A DNA stretch of 64,000 bases from an uncultured virus (IMG/VR IMGVR_UViG_3300042860_004714) (Duplodnaviria; Heunggongvirae; Uroviricota; Caudoviricetes): the IMG/VR virus record IMGVR_UViG_3300042860_004714; one strand, given 5' to 3'. Positions 1-8,523 of this stretch are shown in pieces; position 1 is the stretch's first letter, and each line of letters opens with the position of its first letter. A program made the position numbers and the translations under genes. The notes beneath the pieces were generated by a model. It was given only the letters and a program-made list of their open reading frames with translations, had not been told where the DNA came from and did not search any database.

Positions 1-630
1 ACCGGTGAGGTTGGCGCCCCAGAGGTTGGCGCCGTTGAGGTCGGCGCCGGTGAGGATGGCGCCTCTGAGGTCGGCGCCGGTGAGGTTGGCACTGGTGAGG
101 TCAGCGTTGGTGAGGTTGGCGCCGGTGAGGTTGGCGCCGACGAGGTTGGCGCCGGTGAAATTGGAGCCGATGAGCCAGGCGTCGCGGAGCTCGGCGCGGT
201 TGAGGTTGGCGTAGTTGAGCTTGGCGCCGTTGAGCCTGGCGCCGGTGAGGTCGGCGCCCCCGAGGCGGGCATTCTCGAGGGCGGCGTCGGTGAGGTCGGC
301 GCCGGTGAGGTTGGCGCCGCTGAGGTTGGCGCCTCTGAGGACGGCGCCGGTGAGGACGGCGCCGGTGAGGTTGGCGCCGTTGAGGTCGGCGCCGGTGAGG
401 TTGGCGCGGGTGAGGTTGGCGCCGTTGAGGTCGGCGCCGGTGAGGATGGCGCCTCTGAGGTCGGCGCCCTCGAGCTTGTCGCCGTCGAAATCGGCGCCGG
501 TGAAGTCTATGCCAGACAGATTTCTAAGATTAGAGGGTAAGACTGGAACGATTTCTCCCTGCTGCTTAGCTTTTTGGCAAGCCTTTGCGTGAGCGAGGAC
601 AGCGATAACGCGGGGGTCGGACATGTTCAT
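1..630 (-). CDS. Pentapeptide-repeat protein, paralog 4 (runs off window edge)
   Basis: ATG at 630 after [29 protein letters not shown]-terminus shared with the three neighbours, followed by A(D/N)LxG repeats. Confidence 0.9.
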   Translation of the reverse strand, partial: MNMSDPRVIAVLAHAKACQKAKQQGEIVPVLPSNLRNLSGIDFTGADFDGDKLEGADLRGAILTGADLNGANLTRANLTGADLNGANLTGAVLTGAVLRGANLSGANLTGADLTDAALENARLGGADLTGARLNGAKLNYANLNRAELRDAWLIGSNFTGANLVGANLTGANLTNADLTSANLTGADLRGAILTGADLNGANLWGANLTG

Positions 631-638
631 GATTCACC

Positions 639-1439
639 TCAATACTTGAAGATGGGAGTCTTGATGTAAAGTTTGCCGTCTGCTCGCAGTTCAACGACAA
701 GTCTCTTTTTGGCTATTCGTTCCCAGGACGTAGGCGGTTCGTGAAGCAAAATAACTTTCTCGGCTACTTCTTTGAGGTAGCCCAAATCCGCAACATTGAC
801 ATAATTTGAGTCATCCAATTGATCTTGAGTAATCTTCGCGTTGGTCAAGTCAGCGAAACCTATTTCGGCGCCGTTGAGGTCGGCGCCGGTGAGGTCGGCG
901 TCGGTGAGGTCGGCGCCGGTGAGGTTGGCGCCGCTGAGCTCGGCGCGGAAGAGTCTGACGCGGGTGAGGTTGGCGCCGTTGAGGTCGGCGCCGGTGAGGT
1001 TGGCGCCGTTGAGGTCGGCGCCGGTGAGGATGGCGCCTCTGAGGTCGGCGCCGGTGAGGTTGGCACTGGTGAGGTCAGCGTTGGTGAGGTTGGCGTCTTT
1101 GAGGTTGGCGCTGTTGAGCTTGGCGCTGTTGAGGTTGGCGCGGGTGAGGTTGGCGCTGTAGAGCTTGGCGCCTCTGAGGTCGGCGCTGAAGAGCCAGGCG
1201 CCGCTGAGGTTGGCGCCGTTGAGGTCGGCGCCGGTGAGGTCGATGCCGGTGAGCTTGGCGTCGGTGAGGTCGGCGCGGGTGAGGTTGGCGCCGGTGAGGT
1301 CGGCGCCGGTGAGGTCGATGCGATAAATATCTTTGAGAATATGCGGCAGAGAAGGTCTGCTTCTTTTCTGCCGATTAGCTTCTCGACAAGCCTCTGCGTG
1401 AGCGAGGACAAGAGGAACGCGGGGGTCGGACGTGCCCAT
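639..1439 (-). CDS. Pentapeptide-repeat protein, paralog 3
   Basis: Long run of A(D/N)LTG repeats between conserved [12 protein letters not shown] and [21 protein letters not shown] caps. Confidence 0.95.
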   Translation of the reverse strand: MGTSDPRVPLVLAHAEACREANRQKRSRPSLPHILKDIYRIDLTGADLTGANLTRADLTDAKLTGIDLTGADLNGANLSGAWLFSADLRGAKLYSANLTRANLNSAKLNSANLKDANLTNADLTSANLTGADLRGAILTGADLNGANLTGADLNGANLTRVRLFRAELSGANLTGADLTDADLTGADLNGAEIGFADLTNAKITQDQLDDSNYVNVADLGYLKEVAEKVILLHEPPTSWERIAKKRLVVELRADGKLYIKTPIFKY

Positions 1440-1447
1440 GAATCACC

Positions 1448-1990
1448 TCAGTACTTGAAGATGCGATTTTTGATGTGAAGCTTGCCGTCCGCTCGCAGCT
1501 CAACAACAAGTCTTTTTTTGGCAACACGGTTCCAATCGACAGTTTCGTGAAACAAAATAACTTTTTCGGCCACTTCCTTAGGGTAACCCTGATATTCTAC
1601 ATCACGGTAAAATGCTTCTTCCAGCTGGGCCTGAGTGACCCTCGCGTTGGTTAAGTCAGCAAAACCTATTTTGGCGCGGTTGAGGTTGGCGCCGTTGAGC
1701 TTGGCGCCGTTGAGGTCGGCGTCTTCGAGGTAGGCGCCTCTGAGGTTGGCGCCCGTGAGGTCGGCGCCGATGAGGTCGGAGCCGCGGAGGTTAGCGTCGG
1801 TGAGGTCGGCGTTGGTGAGGTTGGCGCCGGCGAGGTCAGCGTCTTCGAGATTGGCGCCGGAGAGGTCGATGCCAGAAAGATCTTTGAGCTCATGAGGCAG
1901 AGGAGGTCTGCTCTCTTCCCCCCAAAAAGCTTCTCGACAAGCCTCTGCATGCGCGAGGATAGCGACAACGCGGGGGTCGGACGTGTCCAT
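1448..1990 (-). CDS. Pentapeptide-repeat protein, paralog 2 (short)
   Basis: Same caps, fewer repeats (180 aa). Confidence 0.95.
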   Translation of the reverse strand: MDTSDPRVVAILAHAEACREAFWGEESRPPLPHELKDLSGIDLSGANLEDADLAGANLTNADLTDANLRGSDLIGADLTGANLRGAYLEDADLNGAKLNGANLNRAKIGFADLTNARVTQAQLEEAFYRDVEYQGYPKEVAEKVILFHETVDWNRVAKKRLVVELRADGKLHIKNRIFKY

Positions 1991-1998
1991 GAATCACC

Positions 1999-2721
1999 TC
2001 AGTACTTGAAGATGGGAGTTTTGATGTGAAGCTTTCCGTCTGCGCGCAATTCGACGACAAGTCTCTTTTTGGCAACACGGTTCTTGGACACAGGTTCTTT
2101 CGCGTGAAGCAAAATAACTTTTTCGGCTACTTCTTTGGGGTAACCGTTTTGTGCAACATCGACATACCATCCTCTATCCAATTGAGCTTTAGTAATCTTC
2201 GCGTTGGTCAAGTCGGCAAAACCTAAGTTAGCTTCACCTCCTGAGTAGAGTTCACCTAAGTAGACGCCGGTGAAGTCGGCGTCGGTGAGATTGGCGCCGG
2301 TGAGGTCGGCGTAGCTGAGGTTGGCGCGGTTGAGGTTGGCGCCAGTGAGGTTGGCGCCGTGGAATCTGGCGGCGCTGCCGAGCTTGACGTCGGTGAGGTC
2401 GGCTCCGGTGAGGTCGGCGCTGTCGAAGTAGGCGCTGCTGAGGTCGGCGCCGGTCAAGTTGGCGTCGGTGAGGTTGGCGCCTCTGAGGTCGGAATTGCCG
2501 AAGTAGGCGCCTCTGAGGTCGGCGCTGCTGAGGTCGGCGCCGGTGAGGTTGGCGTCGGTGAGCAAGGCTTCGATGAGCCGGGCGCCGGAGAGGTCGATGC
2601 CAGACAGATATCTAAGATTATAGGGCAAGCGTGAAGAGAGTCTTCCCTGCTGCGTAGCTTGTAGACAAGCCTCTGCGTGAGCGAGGACAGCGATAACGCG
2701 GGGGTCGGACATGTTGGCCAC
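1999..2721 (-). CDS. Pentapeptide-repeat protein, paralog 1
   Basis: Same caps, 240 aa; GTG start after GAGGTGA. Confidence 0.95.
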   Translation of the reverse strand: MANMSDPRVIAVLAHAEACLQATQQGRLSSRLPYNLRYLSGIDLSGARLIEALLTDANLTGADLSSADLRGAYFGNSDLRGANLTDANLTGADLSSAYFDSADLTGADLTDVKLGSAARFHGANLTGANLNRANLSYADLTGANLTDADFTGVYLGELYSGGEANLGFADLTNAKITKAQLDRGWYVDVAQNGYPKEVAEKVILLHAKEPVSKNRVAKKRLVVELRADGKLHIKTPIFKY

Positions 2722-2724
2722 GGT

Positions 2725-3006
2725 TCACCTCGAAGGTTTTTTCTTTTCTGACTGCTTCTTCTTCACTGTCTGGTTGAGGACAGAAAGATGCATCAGAGCG
2801 GACAGAATAGCAGCTTGGCTTTGCTGAGGCAGGGATGCCTCTTCAGCTTCGAGTGCTGCAATCAAATTTTCTGTCTCCGCTTTGAGCTTGGACAACAACG
2901 ATTTTGTCTGTTCCCTCTTCGACAGGGATAAAAGAGATGGCTGAAAGCCCTTCTTCCTAGCCTGTTTGGGTTGCTCTTGACCTTCTTGGGTTGTAGCTCT
3001 TGCCAT
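2725..3006 (-). CDS. Hypothetical small basic helical protein heading the pentapeptide operon
   Basis: Its stop codon overlaps the GAGGTGA RBS of the next gene. Confidence 0.6.
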   Translation of the reverse strand: MARATTQEGQEQPKQARKKGFQPSLLSLSKREQTKSLLSKLKAETENLIAALEAEEASLPQQSQAAILSALMHLSVLNQTVKKKQSEKKKPSR

Positions 3007-3043
3007 CTGTCACTCTCGCTCTTAGGGGGCGCGGCACAGGAAG

Positions 3044-4237
3044 GTGCTCGTGCCTGTCTCTGAAACTGAAACGTTAGAAGCGATTGCATTGCTCCCTGAA
3101 CATTCCTGGCTACGGCAGTACGTCATTCACGCCCTCAAGCAGACTGTTGCTCCTCTCTGTTATCACATCGGCATCGGTATCGCTGTTCTCGGCGTTACCT
3201 GCCCCATTCATTACGGCATGTCTTATGCAGGCCCACTTCGGGCGAACAATTTTGTGCTCTGTGTCGGTCGATCTGGCGAAGACAATAAATCCACAGCCCT
3301 CAACATTGGTATTGAGCTTCTCAAAAGCGCTGAATCAAGCCTGATAGGCGACTTCCCGGGATCTCAGGAAGGGTTGATTGAAAGCTTGATGGATCAGGAA
3401 TCCCAAGTGATTCCAATGTCGGAGTTCGGCAAGTTTCTTTCCTCGGCCCAGCGCGGGTACTTCGAACCCATCAAGACTGCTTTGACTGATCTGTGGGACT
3501 GCGGAAAGCAGACAAGGAGAAAAGCGGCTCAGCGGGGTCAGGTCGTAAAAGTTGAAGTTGAGAACCCCAGACTTTCTATTGCAGCCGCTTGCTCCATCCC
3601 TTACCTCGAAAAACATACTTTATCGGAGGACTGGACAGGAGGCTTCATGGGGCGATGGCTCGTTTTCTACGGTATGCGTGAACGGTATGATGCAAATCCC
3701 GTAGGCGACGACAGCATGGTTCCCCTTCTGAAAGAAGGCTTGCAGTCTCGCGCGCAAACAGCTTCTGCAGGCTTCTGCAAAGGCTTGACGCCCGAAGCTC
3801 AGGAGCTTTGGGATGAGTGGTACAAAGACATCGTTCACCGCAGACTGCCCAACAACATCGTGGGCATCCGTTCTCGAGCGCCGACTATCGCGAGAAAGCT
3901 GTGTCTTGTTCTGGCTTGGGATTACGGACTGGCTCGCGAAGGCGCCCCTTGGGATCTCGATGTCGACATTTTGCGCCCCGCCATTGCGATCACTGAGCTT
4001 CACGTAAAGAGCTTGGTCGACCTTTCCTCGATGATCGCGGAGCACGCTGACGCACGAATGCGTAGATCTGTCATCGACGCCGTGGAATGCGTCGGAGGCG
4101 TTGCTACTCTGGGCGAGATTCTCTCTCACTTGAAGATGAGAAAACGCCCTGTGGTCGAAGTGCTCGATTCCTTGATCGAAGAGGGAAGAATCAAACGAAT
4201 CAAGACTTCCCTCGGGTACTCATACGAACTTCAATGA
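3044..4237 (+). CDS. DUF3987/YfjI-like P-loop helicase-type protein with C-terminal winged helix
   Basis: Walker A-like GRSGEDNKST, GSQEGL, SEF, LSIAAAC, GGFMGRWL motifs; C-terminal wHTH-like segment. Confidence 0.7.
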   Translation: MLVPVSETETLEAIALLPEHSWLRQYVIHALKQTVAPLCYHIGIGIAVLGVTCPIHYGMSYAGPLRANNFVLCVGRSGEDNKSTALNIGIELLKSAESSLIGDFPGSQEGLIESLMDQESQVIPMSEFGKFLSSAQRGYFEPIKTALTDLWDCGKQTRRKAAQRGQVVKVEVENPRLSIAAACSIPYLEKHTLSEDWTGGFMGRWLVFYGMRERYDANPVGDDSMVPLLKEGLQSRAQTASAGFCKGLTPEAQELWDEWYKDIVHRRLPNNIVGIRSRAPTIARKLCLVLAWDYGLAREGAPWDLDVDILRPAIAITELHVKSLVDLSSMIAEHADARMRRSVIDAVECVGGVATLGEILSHLKMRKRPVVEVLDSLIEEGRIKRIKTSLGYSYELQ

Positions 4238-4808
4238 GAGGCAGCAGCCACTTCAGATTGACGGGCTTGAGCGAGCCCGGCTTTGTCGGAACAAGTGGCG
4301 TGTAAATCTCTTTTTCCGGTGTGGGCTGCGCCCACTCTCGAAGGGTCTGGATCGCTTGCTTGGGCAAGATGATCCAGGCCTTTGAGCCATTGGCTTCAGG
4401 CGTTTCGTAACGGTCTTTGTTTTCGTTGTAGATGACATGCCCCCACGTCCTTGTCTTCAGGCTCTTTGCTTCGAGACCAGACAAGATGCAGTCCGCGATG
4501 GCGTCTACGACTTCGACAGGCACCTGAGGGATGTCCACGATGTTCTCCACGGGCTTGGGAGGTCTTCCGAGGGGCAGGACAGGGAGATCGGGCAACTGCT
4601 TTTCGTAAAGCTCAAGCATGTACCGAGAGTAAGCTCGGTAAGCAGAACGAGTTTTGGGGTGCAGAAGGATGACTCCTTTCACTTGCTCCTCGTCCTCGAA
4701 GGTAGTTGAGTTCAAAGCTCTTTCGAGGCAATTGATGTGAGACAAGTAGACTTTGATCGAGTTGTCCTTCATCTGCATCTCTTTCTTGAGCCATTCTTTG
4801 AACTGCAT
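4200..4808 (-). CDS. Degenerate, truncated tyrosine-recombinase-fold protein (no catalytic residues)
   Basis: GGAG RBS before ATG 4808; SAM-like FKEWLK..NSIKVYLSHI; box-I-like AI..IL.GLE..L..TWGHV with E at the Arg position; ends before HxxR and Tyr. Confidence 0.55.
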   Translation of the reverse strand: MQFKEWLKKEMQMKDNSIKVYLSHINCLERALNSTTFEDEEQVKGVILLHPKTRSAYRAYSRYMLELYEKQLPDLPVLPLGRPPKPVENIVDIPQVPVEVVDAIADCILSGLEAKSLKTRTWGHVIYNENKDRYETPEANGSKAWIILPKQAIQTLREWAQPTPEKEIYTPLVPTKPGSLKPVNLKWLLPLIEVRMSTRGKS

Positions 4809-4817
4809 GGTCACTCC

Positions 4818-4998
4818 GTTAACTGGTTTACGGGATAACAGAACTCGTTTACCCTGTGTCGCGCTGGTAGTCAAATCACCTGGAATAGAAAGACATAGGT
4901 ACTTCTCCTTATGCATGTCTATTCCAGACTTGTCTCTCTGATTTCAGACAGCGTGCGCAAACGATAACGTACTTCTGTTATCCAGTTATTCAGTTAAC
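4818..4998. repeat. Imperfect 26-bp inverted repeat pair (4818-4843 / 4973-4998) overlapping GATAAC-N8-GTTATC sites
   Basis: gttaactggtttacgggataacagaa versus reverse complement gttaactgaataactggataacagaa (22/26). Confidence 0.75.
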
Positions 4999-5032
4999 TA
5001 CGCCCGGCGCAAGCATCGCGTCGCGTCACGTG

Positions 5033-5312
5033 CGTGTCGTGCGTGTCGTGCGTGTCGTGCGTGTCGCACGTGTCGTGCGTGTCGCACGTGTCGTGCGCGT
5101 CACGCGTGTCGCACGTGTCGCACGTGACGTGGGAGTCGTACGTGTCGCACGTGACGTAGGGACCGTACGTGTCGCACGTGACGCACGTGTCGCACGTGAC
5201 GTACGTCCACTCCGTACGGCGCGCACGTTACGTACCCGCTCCGTACGGCGCGCACGTAACGTGCATGCACGTACGCCCACCGTACGTCCGCACGGACGTG
5301 CGCATGTGTACG
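5033..5312. repeat. 9-bp tandem satellite CGTG(T/A)CG(TG/CA/TA), about 19 units, plus degenerate ACGT-rich tail
   Basis: Units in phase from 5033 to 5203; CTCCGTACGGCGCGCACGT duplicated afterwards. Confidence 0.95.
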
Positions 5313-5516
5313 TGATAGAAAGGGCCGGAGTTAATCCAAAGAAGGCCAAAAAAATTTTGTTAGACCAAAGAGAGGGTCGATAGGAACCTTACTGTTTCCG
5401 ACGGTTTCTGTCGATACCCTCAGTCTCTCAGGGATCGTGGTTGATTCCCGAGAGCGAGGGGTTTGTCCCCCACGGGAGCGTGTTGTATCGCTCCCTCACA
5501 TGCCCTTGGAGGCACC

Positions 5517-6296
5517 ATGTCCGCTGTTCTCCCCGCGCAGGCCTTCGTCGAGACCTCCACCATCACCGTCCCCGTGGACGGCCGCCAGCGGGTGTTCTTC
5601 GGCCACACGGCCGAGGACACGACCCAGTACCTCTGGGTGTTCAAGGCGGGGGGCGCCATCGAGGCGTTCCCCGGGCGCGACCCGAAGTCGCTGCCCTCGG
5701 TCGAGGGGGTCGAGGGCCGCATCCTCGTCCCCCTCACGACGGACAACTTCGGGGTCCAGCCCGGGGCGCGCGGCTCCACGCTCGTGGCCACCGAGGCGGC
5801 CCGCGGCCGCCGCCGCGACGAGCTGCGCGGCCTCGGCACCCCCGCCCCCGCGCCCGCCCCCGCCCCCGTGACCGGCACCCCCGCCGCGGGGCTCGCCTTC
5901 GGGGTGCCCCGCGCCCCCACCGCCGCCTCCACGAAGGTCGCCGCGCCGCCCCCGGCGCCCCCGGCGGTCAAGCCCGACGACCCCCGCGCCGTCGGGCTCT
6001 ACAAGGGCACGCTGACGATCTCCGCGGCCATCGAGGGGCTCACGTCCGCGGAAATCGTGGCCCTCACGGCCGCGGTGAGGGCGCTCAAGGAGCGCCACGC
6101 GGCCGAGGAGGCGGCGATGGCCGCCGCCGTGGACGGGCTGAAGCAGCTCATGGGCGAGATCCCCGGCGTCGTGACGCCCGTCGCGCCGTCCGCCCCCGTG
6201 GCTCCGTCCGCCTACGACGACGCCACCGCTGACGCCGACGCCGACGACGACATCGGCCTCGACGACGACGAGGCCCCCGTCGCCGGCGTGGGGTAG
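5517..6296 (+). CDS. Hypothetical GC-rich protein with Pro/Ala linker and acidic tail
   Basis: GGAGG RBS, very strong GC3 bias. Confidence 0.8.
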   Translation: MSAVLPAQAFVETSTITVPVDGRQRVFFGHTAEDTTQYLWVFKAGGAIEAFPGRDPKSLPSVEGVEGRILVPLTTDNFGVQPGARGSTLVATEAARGRRRDELRGLGTPAPAPAPAPVTGTPAAGLAFGVPRAPTAASTKVAAPPPAPPAVKPDDPRAVGLYKGTLTISAAIEGLTSAEIVALTAAVRALKERHAAEEAAMAAAVDGLKQLMGEIPGVVTPVAPSAPVAPSAYDDATADADADDDIGLDDDEAPVAGVG

Positions 6297-6302
6297 CCCC
6301 CA

Positions 6303-6336
6303 GGCAGGGGTGAGGGTTTAGGCCCTCGCCCCTGCC
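6303..6336 (+). terminator. GC-rich hairpin after stop codon
   Basis: GGCAGGGGTGAGGG-TTTAGG-CCCTCGCCCCTGCC; no U-tract. Confidence 0.45.
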
Positions 6337-6352
6337 CGGTCCGTGACCGTCA

Positions 6353-6520
6353 CGGGCCCGTGCTGACTTCACGCGAGATCGCGTGAGGTCATCTCGGCCT
6401 CGTGGCCGTGCGCTCAAGCTCGTGGTGAGCGAGAGCACAACCCAGCGGAGTGTCTACGCGCCCGCGGACACTTCGCATCACGTACGTCACGTACGTGTTT
6501 GAGCGGGCATAGGAGCTACC
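6353..6520 (+). repeat. Structured leader repeat R1 ending in AGGAG RBS
   Basis: Near-identical to 6881-7039 and 7444-7601; several hairpins. Confidence 0.95.
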
Positions 6521-6868
6521 ATGACCTACACCGAAACCCTCGCGGAAAAGGCGGTTGAGGGCCTGGGCATCGGCTTTGGCGGGACCTCGCAAGTCTCGCC
6601 CGACGTGCTCGGGCAGGCCCTCGCGGGCCAGATCAACAACGGGGGATGGGCGCTCATCGCGCCCGTCTCCCACTGGCAGGACGTCCTCTTCCGCGCGTGG
6701 GAGGGGGATGGGGATTACTGGGAGGACGACGATCGTGAGGCGGCGAAGGCCGCATTCGTGGCGGGGTTCGAGGCTACAATCCTCGCGCTGGGCCTCAGCC
6801 TCGAAGAAGTGTACGCGGCGCAACCGCCGCCTCCGGCCGAGCCCCCTCAGCCTGGGGATCATTGGTAG
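6521..6868 (+). CDS. Hypothetical protein behind leader R1
   Basis: ATG directly after AGGAGCTACC. Confidence 0.8.
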   Translation: MTYTETLAEKAVEGLGIGFGGTSQVSPDVLGQALAGQINNGGWALIAPVSHWQDVLFRAWEGDGDYWEDDDREAAKAAFVAGFEATILALGLSLEEVYAAQPPPPAEPPQPGDHW

Positions 6869-6880
6869 GCGAGGGGCCTG

Positions 6881-7039
6881 CGGGCCCGTGCTGACTTCAC
6901 GCGAGATCGCGTGAGGTCATCTCGGCCTCGTGGCCGTGCGCTCAAGCTCGTGGTGAGCGAGAGCACAACCGGAAGAAGTGTCTTTGCGCCCGCGGACACT
7001 TCGCATCACGTACGTGCTTGAGCGGGCATAGGAGCTACC
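6881..7039 (+). repeat. Structured leader repeat R2
   Basis: Copy of R1 lacking one 9-nt CACGTACGT unit. Confidence 0.95.
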
Positions 7040-7420
7040 ATGACCGACAAGCCACATCTGTGGCTGGTGGATCCAGCCATCACAGAGGAGGACCCGTGCG
7101 ACGAGTCCTCTGAAGAGTCGGAGGAGGACTACGAGCAAGCAAACGAGCTTGCTCGGGGCATTTTCATGCACCTCACGGGTGCCCTGGGGCACGCCAAGTA
7201 CGTGTCTCTGTCCCTGCTGGGTCGGGCAGTCGCGACTCGCGTGCTGCTGGGGGAGCAGCTTGCTCCTCGTCTCCTCGCGTTCGCGTGCGCGTTGAGGTGG
7301 CTGGAAGCCCGGCACGGGGAAAGCCCCGTCTCGGACGAGGACTACGCGTTCGCGTCCGACACATGTCGGGCGGCAATGGTCGTGTTCCTCGCGGAGCACG
7401 ACGTCACCTCCAGAAGTTAG
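7040..7420 (+). CDS. Hypothetical protein behind leader R2
   Basis: ATG directly after AGGAGCTACC. Confidence 0.8.
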   Translation: MTDKPHLWLVDPAITEEDPCDESSEESEEDYEQANELARGIFMHLTGALGHAKYVSLSLLGRAVATRVLLGEQLAPRLLAFACALRWLEARHGESPVSDEDYAFASDTCRAAMVVFLAEHDVTSRS

Positions 7421-7427
7421 GCCAGGG

Positions 7428-7601
7428 GGCCACGAGGCCGAGATGACTTCACGCGATCTCGCGTGAGGTCGTCTCGGCCTCGTCGCCGTGAGCTCAAGCT
7501 CGTGGTGAGCGAGAGCACAACCGGAAGAAGTGTCTACGCGCCCGCGGACACTTCGCATCACGTACGTCACGTACGTGTTTGAGCGGGCATAGGAGCTACA
7601 C
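7428..7601 (+). repeat. Structured leader repeat R3 with extended 5' palindrome
   Basis: Copy of R1/R2; first hairpin extended and its loop inverted. Confidence 0.95.
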
Positions 7602-8516
7602 ATGACCGCGCTTTACACTGACCCCTACGCAGACCCCTACTCGTTCGCCAAGGCCGCCGGCTGGGAGGGGCAGATTGTGCCCTTCCCGGGCGAGGACCAC
7701 TTCCGCACCGTCACGGTGCGGGACGAGACCGTGACGGTCCTCGTCGCTCTCGGGCTCGGGGGCTACTACGCCCCCGTGAACGACAAGGGGCAGATCCTCG
7801 TCCGGCCCCCCCAGGTGGGGGACCTGCTCCACTACCTCCCCGACATCCTGGGCTGGATGGGCCAGCCCACCAAGCTGCGCCCGGAGGCGCTGCTGACCCC
7901 CGGCTGGGCCAAGACCTGGCCCGGCAAGTACACGGACCAGAACCTTCGGGAGGTCGAGGAGCGGCGGGCCGCCCGTGAGGCGAAGGCGGTGAAGCCGACC
8001 TCCGCGGCGTCGGCCCCCGCCGCCCCGTCCCCGGCCCAGGTCGGTCCGGTGAAGGCGAAGGTGAGCTTCGGCTCGCCGTCGCCTTCCTCCTCGTCGCCCG
8101 CGCTCGACAGCGACTCCGGGCCGTTCTCGGTCGAGGGAACCATCGACATGCACGACACCGGCGTCGTGCAGCCCTCGGTCGAGGCCACCGCGCCGCCGGC
8201 GCCCGCCGCCCCCGTGAAGGCGAAGGTGAGCTTCGGCTCGCCGTCGCCCTCCCCCTCGCCCTCCTCCCCGGCCGCCCCTCCTGTCCTCGACCCCATCGTG
8301 GACGAGAGCGGGCTGTGGTTCCTGCGCCGCGCGGAGATCACCTGGGACCAGTGGTTCCAGGAGGTCGTCGCCTTCGCGGAAGGCGAAGGCAACCCGTCGC
8401 TGATCGCGCACGGGCTCGCCGCGGGCCTGCCGCTCGTGCGGCCGACCGACCCGAACCGGGTCGATTTCCGCAAGAGCAAGTTCACCGCCCCGCTCGGGCG
8501 GCCCCCGGGCTCGTAG
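7602..8516 (+). CDS. Hypothetical GC-rich protein behind leader R3, internal PVKAKVSFGSPSPS duplication
   Basis: AGGAG RBS, strong GC3 bias. Confidence 0.85.
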   Translation: MTALYTDPYADPYSFAKAAGWEGQIVPFPGEDHFRTVTVRDETVTVLVALGLGGYYAPVNDKGQILVRPPQVGDLLHYLPDILGWMGQPTKLRPEALLTPGWAKTWPGKYTDQNLREVEERRAAREAKAVKPTSAASAPAAPSPAQVGPVKAKVSFGSPSPSSSSPALDSDSGPFSVEGTIDMHDTGVVQPSVEATAPPAPAAPVKAKVSFGSPSPSPSPSSPAAPPVLDPIVDESGLWFLRRAEITWDQWFQEVVAFAEGEGNPSLIAHGLAAGLPLVRPTDPNRVDFRKSKFTAPLGRPPGS

Positions 8517-8523
8517 TGACCTT

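Noticed and set aside
5..2634. Plus-strand and off-frame ORFs with RSAPV, EVGAG or TSPAP repeats
   Set aside because: Shadow translations of the 15-bp pentapeptide repeat DNA
4200..4916. Functional integrase, or the longer 238-aa start
   Set aside because: Catalytic R, HxxR and Y are absent; the RBS supports the ATG at 4808
5026..5383. RVVRVA and TRTTRA repeat ORFs
   Set aside because: By-products of a stop-free 9-bp satellite; no convincing RBS
6353..7601. R1-R3 as a CRISPR array
   Set aside because: Repeats are ~165 bp and the intervening sequences are whole genes of 350-380 bp
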